A stretch of 64,000 nucleotides of DNA from Camelus ferus (Eukaryota), in contig NC_045712.1 of the NCBI RefSeq assembly GCF_009834535.1, positions 3,410,001 to 3,474,000 on the forward strand, given 5' to 3'. The position numbers and the translations under genes are program-made. Shown here piece by piece: positions 61,681 to 64,000 of this stretch. Every line of letters begins with the position of its first letter. Position 1 is the stretch's first letter. The notes under the pieces are model-generated. The model had not been told where the DNA came from, did no database searches, and worked only from the letters and a program-made list of their open reading frames with translations.

Positions 61681-64000
61681 TCATCGATAAGAAATTCAAC
61701 TATTGTCCTAACACCTAGAATGTAGATCTCCATTAGAATAGTGCTTACACTTCATAGCAGCGACCAGAGCAATGGAAATGAAATCAAGACAGGCTTTTTC
61801 AAAACTGTTCTAAATTTGGGAGTCTCTGTTACCTTTGAAGGTCCCATGATAAACTGGCTAACATGCAGCTGTTTTAGACAACTCGAGGCGTCCTGATCAG
61901 TAAGTGTGAATGAATTACAAATGTGTAAAAGGGAAAAAAGAAGTTCGGTAGAAGATGGTTTGGGCTCTTTCTACACAAACTGTGTCCACCTGAGAGTAAA
62001 ATAACTGGATGAAGAGTCAAAAGTCCAGTCAAAGTGTTTTGTCTTCATGGCACCAATGACCAGGTGCTTGATTTGTGGGGAAAGAGTCTTCTATTTAAAG
62101 GGGATTAGTCTGTCTTACTTTCTTACACTCCTACCATCCAAAGGTAGAGAAAGATGGGGCTTCTCTTCATGTTGACAGTCATGCCATCTTTTGTGGAAAA
62201 ATGTGTATCATCAAGGTCAAGACAACCTGAACAGCTTGGGTTTTGATACTGGTCTCAGGGAATCAAAGAAACAAGGATCCACACTTTAACGGTGCTTTAC
62301 TGAACATACTACAAAAACAGCTCACCCAAAGGATACAGGATTTTGTAAACGATGCATGCCTGCCAGATCTTTCTGTAGCCATTGCCAACTCAATTATTCC
62401 CAACCAAATACGAGGCCTCAGGTAGACTTATTATCAATTGTTAATAGTAACAATATACAAAGTGGCGGATGATGAAAGTGTATAATTAAAAATTTTCTTT
62501 TTAATTCACGAAACTTTTGAGTAATTTTGTGTTGCTTCAACATGTTTGCTTTTGTATATATTTTCAATCTGATTTCTTTAAAACTAACTTCTTTCTATAT
62601 TGTGTTTGGTATTGTTGCAATTTGGCGTAACTTGTAAAATGACTGGCACAAATTTTATGTTTGTTATTTTTATCTGGCTCATTATTACTGAGACTTCAGC
62701 ACATCTACTTTAGGCGGCTCATGTGAGGTGCCGACAAAAATAGGTTAATTAAATAGTAATTGTGTGTCTCAGTTATATTAGCAAACATATTGCTGAAGCA
62801 AATGAAAAGAAAAGCAAATTAAAATACAAACGTGTTTATTCAGTGGTACTGTCGAAATAAATAGTTTAATTGGTTTTAAGTTCTCTTCATTCCCTGTTTG
62901 CCTGGCAATTACTTTCATTCATCTTTGATTATGGTATGTGATAGATTCACTTTGACATCATGTGATTTGCACTTATTTCTAACGGTAGGTGATAATTACT
63001 AACTAAAAATTTCTAACTTCCATCAATTTTTCATACACTTCTCCCCTGAGTCAGACCATTTAAAACATGAAGTGGTTTATAATGAAAGCCTAAATGTGGG
63101 CAATGTCTATTTTTTTTTCTTCTAAGGTCAAAGCCAACAGTAATGTCAAAATAAATACAGCAAAGAGATGGCGAGAAAGACCAAAATGATTAGTAACTGC
63201 AAACAAGAGAGACTATCTTCATAAAAACAGTAGAACCTGATATATTACCTCAAGATGTATTCTAGAAGCCAAAATATACACAGAGATAGTTTTAGAATTT
63301 GCATGGAAATTGCAAGAAACTGTATCTCTTGGGAACTGTGAATAATCAACATTTTTAACAATACTCCTGTCAAGGCTAATAAGAATGTGGAGAATGGGGC
63401 TCCTGAGGTCTCTTTTGGGCCACAACACAAGATTCGGTAAGTTTAATATAGTTCTGAGCTTCAGCAAATCAAGGGGCAAAATGAAAGTTATAGCAATAAT
63501 TTCCCAACAGCTTGAGGCTTAATCAATATTTTTAATGCTTTGGAATCTTCAGCAGTAAGTGACTTGATGTGCATACAACTATTCATTGCTTCTTCGAGAA
63601 AGTATTCATATTTCCTATTCCTTGCCTCTCTCACTGAAAAACAGAGCTAAAAGCTAAGACAACTGTGACATTTCTCCAGCTGAGAACAAAATTTCAAAGG
63701 AATAGATGGATCAGAAATCACTTCGCAGGGCACCCACTGGAAAGACAATCTCAGCAACTTGACTGGACTTTCTTCTCTAAGCAAAAGTGATGGAGCCGGT
63801 AAGAAATTCATCAGGAAACATGGATCCACACAAGAAAGTGTGTGGCCGTATTTGTTTTCTAGGAAGTAGGCAGATTGCTTTTACAATGACCCACTGGGAC
63901 CTGGATCACAAAATTAAAGTAGTCTGAAGAGAAAGAAGCCTGTTTTGAAAAGTATGTCACAGTGACATCAAAATGACCTATAAGCTGGATAAAAATGCAG

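Noticed and set aside
63680-63778. Plus-strand exon-like unit CTCCAG|...GCCG|GTAAGA
   Set aside because: Stops in all frames, modest acceptor and no other support
1-64000. CRISPR arrays, operons, prophage, NUMT or endogenous viral coding sequence
   Set aside because: No regularly spaced repeats, dense coding regions, mitochondrial sequence or gag/pol/env motifs were seen; the sequence is mammalian non-coding DNA

Overview
Eutherian mammalian genomic DNA, AT-rich and CpG-depleted, with three short N gaps. It is not prokaryotic, and I found no CRISPR array, rRNA, tRNA or recognisable protein-coding gene. The window reads as intronic or intergenic sequence. Ancient repeats (MIR, L2, MLT1 and ERVL-type LTRs, MER5A/MER58/MER8 DNA transposons, old L1M 3' ends) are overlaid by five younger L1 insertions with Cetartiodactyla-type 3' UTRs. 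No young lineage SINE (Alu, B1/B2, Bov-tA/BovB, CHR, PRE-1, Can-SINE, ERE) was seen, which points to a camelid (inference). The best-supported structures are a 5'-inverted twin-priming L1, a very young L1 with a perfect 17-bp TSD, and three nested insertions. More speculative signals are several isolated exons with good splice sites, a possible RFX/CCAAT alternative promoter, a phase-compatible three-exon minus-strand model and motif-dense enhancer-like blocks. Nearly all ORF-track entries look like chance ORFs, L1 remnants or N-gap artefacts. I see no well-supported novel biological system. Repeat subfamily names come from remembered consensus sequences and boundaries are approximate.
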